A stretch of 64,000 nucleotides of DNA from an uncultured Nitrososphaeraceae archaeon (GTDB lineage Archaea > Thermoproteota > Nitrososphaeria > Nitrososphaerales > Nitrososphaeraceae), in the NCBI GenBank assembly GCA_963779615.1, contig CAVZZA010000004.1, positions 32,001-96,000 on the forward strand, read 5' to 3'. The position numbers and the translations under genes are program-made. The notes beneath the pieces were generated by a model. It searched no databases, was not told the DNA's origin, and saw only the letters and a list, made by a program, of their open reading frames with translations. How positions within the stretch are numbered: the stretch's first letter is position 1; each line of letters starts with the position of its first letter. Positions 42,070 through 52,332 of the stretch are shown here, in pieces.

Positions 42070-43452
42070 TTACGGTGTCAGTCTGTCAATGTCCCTTGGA
42101 TAGAATGTGGCATCCCGTATGTTTTCAATTTTTAGCAATGCCATGATAAGCCTTTCGAGACCCAGTCCAAAACCGGCATGCGGTGGGACACCATAATCAA
42201 ATACGCGCAAATGGTAGTCAAAGGCAGCAAAATTTAATCCCTTTTTTTTCATATTCTCCAATAAAGTATTTTTGTTGTTAATACGGGTGCTTCCGGAAGA
42301 TAACTCCAAGGCGCCATACATCAGATCAAAAGATTCGCTTATACTCCTGTGACTTTCTTTCTCTTCTGAATCTGAAGAATCATACTCTGAAGGGGTTGCA
42401 TCAGGATTGAGTTTGGATTTTACGTAAAACGGTTTGGTAGATGAGGGCCAGTCCACAATATAATAAAAATCATCTACAATCACATCCCTTAAAATCTTTG
42501 GTGAAATGTCGTCTCCCCATCTGATGTATTTGTGATTTTTTTGCAATTTATCCACCAAATCCGTATACGCGTATCTTGGAAAAGGAGGGTTAACGTGTGG
42601 CAACTCTATTTCCAAGTTTTTTAATTCATTTGCATTTTCCTCTTGTATTCTTAAAATGATGTGTGCGATAAGGCCATCGAGTAATTCCATCACATCATTG
42701 TAATCGACAAATGCTTTTTCAATATCTACAGAAATTGCCTCAGAAAGGTGTCTGTTTGTTCTGGAAGGTTCCGCTCTAAATATTGGCGCGATTTCAAAAA
42801 CATTTTCAAATGCCATTGTTAATTGTTCTTTATACAACTGAGGGCTTTGAGCTAAAAACGCCTCTCTGTCGTAATAGAAGATTGGAAAAAGGGCCGCCCC
42901 ACCCTCTGTGGCAGTTGCAATCATTTTTGGCGTATTTACCTCAATAAAATAATTCTTGGTTAGAAATTCTCTTATGGAGTTTAAGGCTGTAAATCTTATT
43001 TTGAAAACATTTTGCAGGTAATTTCTTCTTAAATCAAGTGCCCTCAACTCCAATCTTGTATCAATTCCTATGGTTGAAACTGCTTGAGTCAAAAATGGGG
43101 CAGCTTTAGTAGAAACGGACAATACTTTGATTTCAAGTGGAATCACCTCAACGTTGTTTGAAGAATGTTTCTGTTCAACAACTTTTCCTTTTACCCCAAC
43201 TGAAGAGTGCTCTTTCAAATTTTTTAAAACTTCAAAAATTCCTCTTTCTGAATCTTTTTTTTTCACGACAATCTGGATGTCTCCAAATTTATCTCTTAAC
43301 TGGATAAATAAAACATTGCCATGATCACGTTTGGATGATATCCATCCCATTATTATGACCAATTGATTTATCTGAGAACTATTTACCTGAAAAGAATAGT
43401 GTGTTCTTCGCCAATTGTCAATGTCTTGTTCAATAACTGTTTTTTCTTCCAA
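42070..43452 (-). CDS. aspS: Aspartate--tRNA(Asp/Asn) ligase
   Basis: OB-fold FIQLRD, LAQSPQLYK, FRAE, ELSSG, PPHAGFGLGLER; adjacent to gatCAB. Confidence 0.96.
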   Translation of the reverse strand: MEEKTVIEQDIDNWRRTHYSFQVNSSQINQLVIIMGWISSKRDHGNVLFIQLRDKFGDIQIVVKKKDSERGIFEVLKNLKEHSSVGVKGKVVEQKHSSNNVEVIPLEIKVLSVSTKAAPFLTQAVSTIGIDTRLELRALDLRRNYLQNVFKIRFTALNSIREFLTKNYFIEVNTPKMIATATEGGAALFPIFYYDREAFLAQSPQLYKEQLTMAFENVFEIAPIFRAEPSRTNRHLSEAISVDIEKAFVDYNDVMELLDGLIAHIILRIQEENANELKNLEIELPHVNPPFPRYAYTDLVDKLQKNHKYIRWGDDISPKILRDVIVDDFYYIVDWPSSTKPFYVKSKLNPDATPSEYDSSDSEEKESHRSISESFDLMYGALELSSGSTRINNKNTLLENMKKKGLNFAAFDYHLRVFDYGVPPHAGFGLGLERLIMALLKIENIRDATFYPRDIDRLTP

Positions 43453-43633
43453 CCTAATACAATGAAATCAAAATTTCATTAAAATATAACCTTTTTTGAA
43501 AGGCGATTTTTTATTTGTTTCTGTTTATTGCTCCCCAACTATTCACCAAACTCCTTTCGCGCAAGCCATATAAACCAATTTTTTATAACAATCTCTACAA
43601 ATATTCAAATATGTTGCATTGGAATTATTAGTT

Positions 43634-43969
43634 ATGGGAAATGAAAACGTACTTCATGTAAATTCCAATAACTGGGAGTCGGAAGTTCTTAAATCAGAAA
43701 AACCTGTATTCGTAGACTTTTGGGCAGAATGGTGTGGTCCATGCAGAATGGTAGGTCCAGTAGTAGAGCAAATAGCACAATCTCATTCGGATAAAATAAA
43801 GGTTGTCAAACTCAATGTGGATGAAAGTCAAGACATCGCCATGAAATATGGCATTCAGTCAATTCCGTCATTAATGGTTTTCAATAAGGGTAAAGAGGTA
43901 AACAGAACCGTTGGCGCAGCACCTAAAGAAACATATTTAAGATTCATAAACGATTCCATATCCAAATAA
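43634..43969 (+). CDS. trxA: Thioredoxin
   Basis: VDFWAEWCGPC, SIPSL. Confidence 0.96.
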   Translation: MGNENVLHVNSNNWESEVLKSEKPVFVDFWAEWCGPCRMVGPVVEQIAQSHSDKIKVVKLNVDESQDIAMKYGIQSIPSLMVFNKGKEVNRTVGAAPKETYLRFINDSISK

Positions 43970-44038
43970 CATTATTTGAAGTATTGGGTAATTATTGGAT
44001 TAAAAGCATTAATTACCTTAATTATCAGATAATTTCAA

Positions 44039-46828
44039 TTGAATAAAACGGAGATTCTTAACATTTTTTCTTCAGATTATGAAAAGTTTTATAAAGTATC
44101 GCTTTTTGATAGGTTAGGATTTATAAGGCAATCATGCAGTATTTGTGGAAAATTTTACTGGTCTCTTTCTCAACGGTTGTGCTGTCCAGATCATGAAAAT
44201 TATTCGTTTATCGGGAATCCGCCAACCTCACAAAGATTAAGTTATGTTCAATCATGGGAAGAAACCAAAAAATATTTTGAAAAAAATGGACATACTACGG
44301 TAAACCGATATCCTGTTGTATGCAGATGGAGAGAGGACCTCTATTACACAATCGCTTCGATAGTTGACTTTCAGCGAATTATGGAAAACAAGGTTGTCTT
44401 TGAACTGCCCCACAATCCTCTGGTAGTACCTCAAATGTGCCTCAGGTTTAACGACATTGAGAATGTGGGAGTTAGCGGTCGTCATTATACCTCATTTTGC
44501 ATGATAGGCCAAACATGCAATGCCGATAAAGAAGGGGGATATTGGAAAGACCGGTGCATTGATTTGGACTTTGGACTGCTCGTGGACGTTCTAGGCATTT
44601 CCCCAAACGAAATAACTTTTGTAGAAGACGTTTGGTTGGGAGCTGGTGCATTTGGCTGTTCCTTGGAATACTTTGTGAGGGGTTTGGAGTTGGGAAATGC
44701 AGTTTTTACAGAATTTGAGGGTAACGAAAAAAATTACCATACAATGAAAAACAAAATTATTGATATGGGTGCGGGTTTAGAAAGGTTTTCATGGATAACA
44801 AATGGAACACCCACAAGTTACGATTGTACATTTGAGCCTGTATTGAAAAATATTTACAATGCCCTAGGTTTAGAACATTTTTCATCCAAAGATGAAAATA
44901 ATTTCGAAACAACTCTTCTCGCAAATTATTTTGGTAGGGTGTCATCAAAACTCAACTCTAATGCCGACACAAAAATCATAAAGAAACAAATTGCTCAAGA
45001 ATTAAAAGTGGATTTTGAAAAATTGCAAAAGACCGTTGTCCCATATGAATCCCTATACACTATAGTTGACCATGCAAGGACATTAATTTTTGCCATAAGC
45101 GATGGTTCATTGCCATCAAACGTGGGAGGCGGATACAATCTCAGAGTGTTGCTTAGACGTTCTTTATCATTGCTAAAAAAGTTAGGGTTCAGCTTAAAAA
45201 TTTCAGACATTGTGGAAATGCATATAGATCAATTACAAAAATTGTATCCGGAACTGAATGACTTTAAAAATGACATTTTTACCATTTTGGATATAGAGTC
45301 CAAAAGGTTCTATGACACAGAAAATAGGATTAGCACCATTTCTGATAAGATAAAGAAGGAAAACATTAAACCGAACATGGATAATTTGATAAGGCTTTAT
45401 GAATCAGATGGCATCACGCCTGATTATCTTGTCGATGCGGGATTGATAGATTCGGTACCCCAAAATTTTTATACAAAACTCTCAGAATTGCACTCTTCAA
45501 TTAATTTAACTAAAAAAGACAAAAGTGAAATAAACATAGGCGAAGACCTGGATTTAGACTCTATAGCAAAAACTGAATTACTTTATTATGAGTATCCCGC
45601 CAAAAACATTTTTGAAGCCAAAGTGATAAAACGGATTGATGAGGACATCATAATCTTGGATAAAACCTGTTTTTATCCAAGAGGGGGAGGTCAAGAACCT
45701 GATTTTGGATATGTTGGGGCACACAGGATAGACAACGTTATCAAAGTTAAAGACATTGTTTTTCATCATACATCCGAAAAGAATAACTTGAGGGAAGGCG
45801 AAGCGGTTAACTGTATTGTAGAAAAAGAGCGTAGAGATTCGATTACAAAAAACCACACATCCACGCATATTATAAACCACTCATCCAGAAATATTTTAGG
45901 CTCTTGGGTTTGGCAAAATTCAGCATTTAAAGAGGAGAATTACGCACGCCTAGATATAACCCATCACTCGGCATTAAACAAACATGAAATTCAGGAAATA
46001 GAGATAAAGGCAAATGAAGTGATTAGAAAAAACCTGCCGGTTTATATTAATACCTTTGACAGGGGGGTAGCAGAACAAAACTATGGTTTTAGAATTTATC
46101 AGGGAGGGGTGGTTCCATCCAATAATGTTAGAATAGTAAACATAGGGGGTTTAGACATAGAGGCATGCGGGGGCACACACGTTTTCAACACCGGAGAAAT
46201 TGGATTGGTAAAAATCCTAAAAACTGAAAGAATTCAAGATGGTGTAGTTAGACTTGAGTTTGTTTCGGGACAAAATGCATTAAAATACATTCAGAAGCAG
46301 GAAGATCAAATACAGTTTATTGTAAACAGTCTTGGCACAAGTAAAGAAAAAGTCATAGATTCGTTTTCAAAAAATATGGATGACCTTGATAAATCCAAGA
46401 AAAAAATAAAAAGCATCATAAAAAGCATTTCAAGGGTATATTCTCAACATATTCTTAGTAACTCCGCAACAATTGAATCTGAAACCAATAGAGGCAAATT
46501 TGTTAAACTGTACTATGTGATAGAGGATGAACTCGATGAAGAGTTTCATTTGATTGTAGGGAAGAATGCAGTAGATGCGGATCCTGATCTGATTTATGTC
46601 TCTATAGTAGACAATAAAAATTCTGCCAGAGTGATAGTTTACTGCGGCAAAAACTCTTCAAGCATCATAAATGCAGGGGACCTTGCCAAATCCGCATCAC
46701 TAATTTTAAATGGTTCTGGAGGCGGTTCAAGGAATTTCGGTCAGGGGGGCGGAAAGTCAATAGAAGAGTTGAAAGAGATAAAACCATTAATGGAGAACAT
46801 TATAGCAGCAAAATTGGTTAGCCGATAG
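44039..46828 (+). CDS. alaS: Alanine--tRNA ligase (archaeal type)
   Basis: YPVVCRWR, DMGAGLER, DHART, NHTSTH...ACGGTH editing site, GGG C-terminus. Confidence 0.97.
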   Translation: MNKTEILNIFSSDYEKFYKVSLFDRLGFIRQSCSICGKFYWSLSQRLCCPDHENYSFIGNPPTSQRLSYVQSWEETKKYFEKNGHTTVNRYPVVCRWREDLYYTIASIVDFQRIMENKVVFELPHNPLVVPQMCLRFNDIENVGVSGRHYTSFCMIGQTCNADKEGGYWKDRCIDLDFGLLVDVLGISPNEITFVEDVWLGAGAFGCSLEYFVRGLELGNAVFTEFEGNEKNYHTMKNKIIDMGAGLERFSWITNGTPTSYDCTFEPVLKNIYNALGLEHFSSKDENNFETTLLANYFGRVSSKLNSNADTKIIKKQIAQELKVDFEKLQKTVVPYESLYTIVDHARTLIFAISDGSLPSNVGGGYNLRVLLRRSLSLLKKLGFSLKISDIVEMHIDQLQKLYPELNDFKNDIFTILDIESKRFYDTENRISTISDKIKKENIKPNMDNLIRLYESDGITPDYLVDAGLIDSVPQNFYTKLSELHSSINLTKKDKSEINIGEDLDLDSIAKTELLYYEYPAKNIFEAKVIKRIDEDIIILDKTCFYPRGGGQEPDFGYVGAHRIDNVIKVKDIVFHHTSEKNNLREGEAVNCIVEKERRDSITKNHTSTHIINHSSRNILGSWVWQNSAFKEENYARLDITHHSALNKHEIQEIEIKANEVIRKNLPVYINTFDRGVAEQNYGFRIYQGGVVPSNNVRIVNIGGLDIEACGGTHVFNTGEIGLVKILKTERIQDGVVRLEFVSGQNALKYIQKQEDQIQFIVNSLGTSKEKVIDSFSKNMDDLDKSKKKIKSIIKSISRVYSQHILSNSATIESETNRGKFVKLYYVIEDELDEEFHLIVGKNAVDADPDLIYVSIVDNKNSARVIVYCGKNSSSIINAGDLAKSASLILNGSGGGSRNFGQGGGKSIEELKEIKPLMENIIAAKLVSR

Positions 46829-47061
46829 GTTGCCAAGTTTACCTATAGTCAATTGGTGTCATAACAGCAATAAATGAACTTTTCAAATCCGTCGCTAAAT
46901 TTTGTTTGCTGTGTTTATGTTTTAAAAAATATGTGTGTAGCAAAAAAGTAATGATCACAAAATGCATGTGGGGATAAATAAAAAATGAAAAGAGAAAATA
47001 TTTGAAATCATATCGAGATTAAAGAATTGGATAGTGTACAATAACTCGATATCTGTTGGTA

Positions 47062-48210
47062 TTATGTCACTATCCTAATAACATCTTTGGGATTTGGTAT
47101 GGACTTTTTGATTTCCATTGCTATACGCCTTCCTACACCAAAAGTTTCACCGTGTTTGTATTTTGTATAAGGTGTGGTAGTGGCGAGTATGGGATTTCCA
47201 GGAACCCTTAAAGAGACATCATAAACAACCATGTTTAAATCAGGTGTAATTACGCTTTGCAATGAAAAGGGCCCAATAACTCCGGGTGGATATTCTTTTT
47301 TTGTGCTGCCTACAAATTGTTCCCCCATTTTAAACACGTTATCTAAAAGCGACTCACGAATGCTTGCAGGTGTATGGCCCACCTCTATATTCTGGAGTTC
47401 AATATCAATTTCAAGCTGATTTTTAGCTGGAATCGATGTTGTATAGTCATGAATGTTTGTTTGTAGTCTCCTCTCAATGCCTAAAAACTCGGTTTCATCC
47501 TCCAGGGGTGAATAAAAAAAATTAAAGTTGAAATATGTTCCTATCATGTATTGCTCTATTACGGAATTGCTTTTCAAGGACTCTGCGTCGATTATTCCTT
47601 TATCCATTTTAGCCTGGGATTTTTTTTTATAATCCTCAAAAGATGTAACAATAAAAAATGCCCGTTCCAATTTTCGCTTGGCCTCTTGAACTTTGACAAT
47701 TGCAGGCCCGTCAATTTCATCGGGATTAGTGTAAATTTTAGGATGGGGGATCTTTGCCTTTTCCAATAAATAGTATTGATTTCTCTCCAGGTTTCTTTCT
47801 TCGGCTTTTAACAACCACCGGTTGCCAAAAATAGGCAGGCAGAAATTATTCTCTATGTTGTCATATCCGATATATACCGAAAATGATCTGTGGGGAACCA
47901 TGATGGTGTTTAGGCTTAAAAGTTTTTCCTGATTTTCCTTAAAAAGGATGTCTGAAAACTTGTCTACAATTATCAACTCATCTGAGAGGCGTCTGTATCT
48001 TAAATACGGCAGCTCTCTTCCCTTTTGGCAAATGCAAACTGTTTTAAGGCTTTCCTCCTTTGCCCCATCCATTATTTCTAACGCAGAATGGCTACCTATC
48101 ACGCCCACCGATATGTTATTTAGGTCATAATCACTCTCTATGTGATTATTAATTGTGGTTTCAACATTTCCCTTACATTGTGAATTAAAGCTGTTAGGCA
48201 TTTCACACAC
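47062..48210 (-). CDS. purP: PurP-family formate--AICAR ligase (ATP-grasp)
   Basis: GSHSALEI, PHRSF, FGNR, ERAFF, GHTPASIRESLL, IGPFSLQ; exact start uncertain. Confidence 0.9.
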   Translation of the reverse strand: MCEMPNSFNSQCKGNVETTINNHIESDYDLNNISVGVIGSHSALEIMDGAKEESLKTVCICQKGRELPYLRYRRLSDELIIVDKFSDILFKENQEKLLSLNTIMVPHRSFSVYIGYDNIENNFCLPIFGNRWLLKAEERNLERNQYYLLEKAKIPHPKIYTNPDEIDGPAIVKVQEAKRKLERAFFIVTSFEDYKKKSQAKMDKGIIDAESLKSNSVIEQYMIGTYFNFNFFYSPLEDETEFLGIERRLQTNIHDYTTSIPAKNQLEIDIELQNIEVGHTPASIRESLLDNVFKMGEQFVGSTKKEYPPGVIGPFSLQSVITPDLNMVVYDVSLRVPGNPILATTTPYTKYKHGETFGVGRRIAMEIKKSIPNPKDVIRIVT

Positions 48211-48215
48211 TGTTG

Positions 48216-48521
48216 TTATTCATTATTTTGTTTTTTTAGTTCAGAATCAATAGCATTTTTCAAATCTTGATCATCTTTATTGGAGTAATCCACACCCAAG
48301 GTTTCAGCAATGGATTCCAACTTTTCTCTGTCCACATTTTTTTTGGTGGATGAATCCTTATCACTCTCAATAGTTTTTTTTGCTTCTATTCTTGCCTTTT
48401 GAAACTCAGACGATGCCTTTCCCAAAGACCTGGCTAACTCTGGGATTTTTTTTGCCCCAAAGAAAAGTATAACAATTATCAGAATAATAATAATCCACTC
48501 TGCACCATTTATAAAAGCCAT
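48216..48521 (-). CDS. tatA: Twin-arginine translocase TatA/E subunit
   Basis: EWIII...FFGAKKIPELARSLGKA..EF. Confidence 0.93.
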   Translation of the reverse strand: MAFINGAEWIIIILIIVILFFGAKKIPELARSLGKASSEFQKARIEAKKTIESDKDSSTKKNVDREKLESIAETLGVDYSNKDDQDLKNAIDSELKKQNNE

Positions 48522-48845
48522 AAAAAGTATCTTACAATCCCCATTTATAAACACTAATACTTGAGGATATGGATAATTTCCTCAAAGTGAGATGGCAATA
48601 ATATTTTTTTTTATAAGGGACTGTGGGTTGAATTGATCCTAAAGAAACAGCATGTTTCAAGGCGATTATCTGCAATAATGCCAAACACCCACACATCATC
48701 CTGTTCTTGTTGCTGTAAAAAGTTTTGAATGAAGGGAAAGGAAACGAAAGGAAAGGAAAAAATAATATGAGAAAAATGGGGTGTGAAAGGTGAAGAGAAA
48801 CATCAAGCTAAAATTATATTATTCGGCAAAAAGAGTTGTTTTATA

Positions 48846-49166
48846 ATGAGATATAATGAAGCCGCCTTTATCGGGCAAAAGAATTCAAAAGATGCCCAAA
48901 TAAGGCTGTTTAACTATACGGGTTTTGCAATGTTGACCTATACAATAAAGCAGTCCCCTGATGGAAAGGGATTCCTTCCGGTTGGAGAGAGGACATATGC
49001 AGGCAAGGCGGTTTTTGGTGATAAAATTATTTTGTACTTGACTGATGAAGATGGTTTTGCAAAAGCTCAATCAAAACCCATGAACATTGAAGAAGGGGAA
49101 AAGATATTCATTAAGATGTTGCAAGAGGGAATTGAAAATTATGATGGTCAGGTTAAAACTATATGA
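48846..49166 (+). CDS. Conserved hypothetical protein, paralogue of 36817-37152
   Basis: MRYNEAAFIGQKNSKDAQ...PVGE...DEDGFAK...YDGQV; ATG at 48846 aligns with the paralogue start. Confidence 0.82.
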   Translation: MRYNEAAFIGQKNSKDAQIRLFNYTGFAMLTYTIKQSPDGKGFLPVGERTYAGKAVFGDKIILYLTDEDGFAKAQSKPMNIEEGEKIFIKMLQEGIENYDGQVKTI

Positions 49167-49842
49167 TTATCTCTGTTCCCATTTTTGCATTTTCCATCAC
49201 GACCTTCTGAATGTTTTCCACAGATGACTTGAAAACAACTGTTGGTAAACACGAGCGCTCTATTACTTTTAAGCCGATTAAATCCATCAAATCATAGGTC
49301 CCCGCCATGGAGTTTTCCATTTTTAGGAGATTGATGCATTCTTTAACATCAATAGATTCAAACAATTTTGCATCTGGATTGTGTCGAGGATCGGAATCAA
49401 AAATTCCCTCCACGTCAGTCGCGTTGAAAAATTTTATTGCCTTTATCTTTTCAGCTATCAAAGCAGAAGTGGCGTTTGTGCTTTGTCCAGGGTACAGTCC
49501 ACCCGTAACTATAACCTTGTCTGTGAGGATTGCGGTGGAAATTTCATCCAAATTGCGAGGGGTTAATGGAAAGCATAAATCGCCAAGGCCTGCTATAAAC
49601 AACTTTGCATTGAGGCGAGAAACCTGTATGCCCATCAGGTCCAATCCCGATTCGTCAAAACCCAATTTTCGGGACAAATCGATATAAAACCTTGCTATTT
49701 TTCCACCACCCGTTATAATCACTGGTTGGTAAACCTCATTAATTTTTTTAATTAGGAGGGCGTAATCATGTAATATTTTATAATCTGTCGCAAAATTAAA
49801 GATACTTCCACTAAGTTTTATAACAATCCGTGGCTTGGTCAT
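49159..49842 (-). CDS. pyrH: UMP kinase
   Basis: VIKLSGS, TGGGKIARFYI, PGQSTNA, TDVEGIFDSDP. Confidence 0.95.
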   Translation of the reverse strand: MTKPRIVIKLSGSIFNFATDYKILHDYALLIKKINEVYQPVIITGGGKIARFYIDLSRKLGFDESGLDLMGIQVSRLNAKLFIAGLGDLCFPLTPRNLDEISTAILTDKVIVTGGLYPGQSTNATSALIAEKIKAIKFFNATDVEGIFDSDPRHNPDAKLFESIDVKECINLLKMENSMAGTYDLMDLIGLKVIERSCLPTVVFKSSVENIQKVVMENAKMGTEIII

Positions 49843-49895
49843 TTTATTTGCTTTTCTTTTTCCTTTTAACAATATAAATTTCGTTATGCAAAGGA

Positions 49896-51200
49896 TCAAT
49901 TAAGAAAGCCATTGAAGATATTTTCAAAAAACTTTCTTTTCTCCTTGGTTGTGTAAATCCTTATCATGTCCAGATACCCGGTAATGGCGTTGATTAAGGG
50001 AATTTGATCAAAAGATTTTTCATATTCTGATTTTTTATCCATTATCATTATTGATGTAACCTCCTCTTTTTTTGGAGCTAATGGAATGGAGGGGGCCCGA
50101 GACACATCCAAAAATATTGGGTATCCCAATTGCTGATACTCATCAACTATCTTCTTTATGTTGTCTATTTGGTGATCAAAATGTGAGTGAACATCAAAAA
50201 GGTTATTCTCCTCATTTTCCATTCTTACCTTATTACTTCTTTGGCTAGTGAGTAAAAAAAACTCATAGATGCATTTTAAGAGGTTTCGGTTTTGATAATC
50301 TTTTGCAAGTGTTATGGATATTTTCATGTTCTTGTTTTTTTCTTTATCGTTATCGTTTAATGCGGTAGATGTCAGTTTTTCTAAAACCATTTCGTCGTGT
50401 AAACCAAAAAAATCTTCCAAAGAGCGAAAATCGGTAAAATGCAATACCTCATCCTGAATTTTCATCGAGTGCAATAGCATTACCTCACCTGAGCGCACTG
50501 TTTTATGAAAGTACACTGCTTTAAACATTTGATACCTTGATATCAGCATTGACTCATACGAATATAATGCCGATTTGCTTATTCCCAAAACATCATTGGA
50601 TGAAACCTCTAAAGAATTTATAATCCTGTGATAGTCTATTTTTCCATATTCGGTACCAGAAAAATAGCTATCCCTTGGGAGGTAATCCATTAAATCTACG
50701 GACAATCCTCCTGAAATAATCTCATTCAGAAAATTTATTTTGTGCTTGCCAAAGCTTAGGGAAGCTATTTCCTGAGAGTTGTAACCATTTTTTGTGATGA
50801 TGTCAGAAACAATTGTTTTGGTAATAATGTCATGCCCTAGGCTCTCATGGGAAAACTTGTCATTGGTTTTTAAAACCTCCTCAAAAAGATGGGAAAAGGG
50901 GCCATGACCTATATCATGCAAGAGTGCTGCAATGCGAAGTTTTTGTATGTAGTCCTGATCCGTAAAGTAATCCTTGCTATATAGTGTTTGACCAGCCAAC
51001 CCCGCCAAAAACATGGAGCCAAGAGAGTGTTCAAAGCGTGAATGCAGCGCACCAGGGTAAACCAGGTGGGCACCGGCCAGTTGCCGTATTCTCCTTAACC
51101 TCTGAAAAACGAAGGTATCAATTAATTCTTTTTCAACGAGTGTAAATTTTATATTTTTATGAATGGGATCTGTAATTTCACCAATGAATCTCAAATTCAT
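49896..51200 (-). CDS. HD-domain dNTP triphosphohydrolase-like protein (SAMHD1-like family)
   Basis: DPIH, FQRLRRIRQL, HSRFEHSLG, LHDIGHGPFSH, DYLPRD, VYFHK. Confidence 0.92.
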   Translation of the reverse strand: MNLRFIGEITDPIHKNIKFTLVEKELIDTFVFQRLRRIRQLAGAHLVYPGALHSRFEHSLGSMFLAGLAGQTLYSKDYFTDQDYIQKLRIAALLHDIGHGPFSHLFEEVLKTNDKFSHESLGHDIITKTIVSDIITKNGYNSQEIASLSFGKHKINFLNEIISGGLSVDLMDYLPRDSYFSGTEYGKIDYHRIINSLEVSSNDVLGISKSALYSYESMLISRYQMFKAVYFHKTVRSGEVMLLHSMKIQDEVLHFTDFRSLEDFFGLHDEMVLEKLTSTALNDNDKEKNKNMKISITLAKDYQNRNLLKCIYEFFLLTSQRSNKVRMENEENNLFDVHSHFDHQIDNIKKIVDEYQQLGYPIFLDVSRAPSIPLAPKKEEVTSIMIMDKKSEYEKSFDQIPLINAITGYLDMIRIYTTKEKRKFFENIFNGFLN

Positions 51201-51290
51201 AAGATTTGATTACGGATATGTCTATATATATGATAATTATTGATAATAATGAAAAAAAACAATGCATATTGCTTTTGTTTCATATTGATT

Positions 51291-51941
51291 TTATCTCTCT
51301 ATCTCAATAACATTTGTAATTGAATCCAACAGGGAGTTTACATCAGAATCTGAGTCTATTACAGTCCAATTAAACCTTTTTGCCAGATCAAGATAATTTT
51401 CTCTTGCTTTTTCCAGAAAATCCCTGCTTTTTTCAAACTCATCGAGAACAAACCCGTTGTCAAAGCCCCTTTTGTACGAAATAACGGGCTCAATATCCAA
51501 TACAATAACAATATCTTCCTTTGGTAAACCGTAATCAAGGTTGACCAACCAATCAAAATCCATGCCGTTGGCCAATCCATAAGCCAGGTTTGATTGGTAA
51601 TACCTGTTTATGATGACAATGTTATCCTTTTCTCTTAAACCCTCTATCTCGGTTTTTTTTTCCCACCTGTTTGCAGATAACAACATGTGTTTCACTTCGT
51701 TGTTGTATTTGACCCTGCCTTCCAGAAACAACTTGATTTCCCTTCCTATTCTTGTTGAATAGTCGGGGAAACTCAATAGACTGACATTTCCCGGATAAAT
51801 CTTGTCATAAAAGTTAAAGAGCATCCTTGACTGGGTTGTTTTTCCGGATTTATCCAGACCCTCAATAACAATGAGTTTTCCTTTCGGTTTCCTTTCTTTC
51901 AACAAGCCACACTCCACTACAATATTTATAATTTTATGCAT
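51291..51941 (-). CDS. tmk: Thymidylate kinase
   Basis: IEGLDKSGKTTQ, FPDY, SANRWE, RYYQSN; start may be a few codons downstream. Confidence 0.95.
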   Translation of the reverse strand: MHKIINIVVECGLLKERKPKGKLIVIEGLDKSGKTTQSRMLFNFYDKIYPGNVSLLSFPDYSTRIGREIKLFLEGRVKYNNEVKHMLLSANRWEKKTEIEGLREKDNIVIINRYYQSNLAYGLANGMDFDWLVNLDYGLPKEDIVIVLDIEPVISYKRGFDNGFVLDEFEKSRDFLEKARENYLDLAKRFNWTVIDSDSDVNSLLDSITNVIEIER

Positions 51942-51984
51942 GGAAAAAAGTTTTAGTTTATAAATACTTCATAATTTAAAGAGT

Positions 51985-52317
51985 TTGTTGAAAATACGGG
52001 GTATTGGTTTAAACTTAATTTTGGCAAGCATTTACCTAATTGTTTTTTTTGCATTCACTGCTGGGCTAATTAATTCACTCATAGAGGGGCAAAGTTATAG
52101 TATAAGTGGATTCATTCCGTCTAGGGCTGTTCAAAATAACTATGAGACTGTAATTGGTGTTTTCACATTGATTTTTGGTTTTGTGGGGGCGTTGGTAATG
52201 CTCAAGGCATATAACGCTTCAAGGAGAAACGAGAAGTATGGTCTTTTGTCCATAGGGATTGTCATATTTTCAATATCTGTAGTCGCAATGTACAGAATAA
52301 TCGAGGCAAAATCCTGA
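51985..52317 (+). CDS. 3-TM membrane protein resembling the OSTC/OST3-OST6 membrane region
   Basis: FFAFTAGLINSLI...FIPSRAVQNNYE...FGFVG...LLSIGIV...K pattern; ORF secure, homology judged by eye. Confidence 0.6.
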   Translation: MLKIRGIGLNLILASIYLIVFFAFTAGLINSLIEGQSYSISGFIPSRAVQNNYETVIGVFTLIFGFVGALVMLKAYNASRRNEKYGLLSIGIVIFSISVVAMYRIIEAKS

Positions 52318-52332
52318 TCGTTCATTCTGTGA

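Noticed and set aside
48731-48760. gaaag-type short repeats (also gcaaaa x3 near 11295 and 9-bp repeats near 53160)
   Set aside because: Short low-complexity slippage tracts with no evident function.
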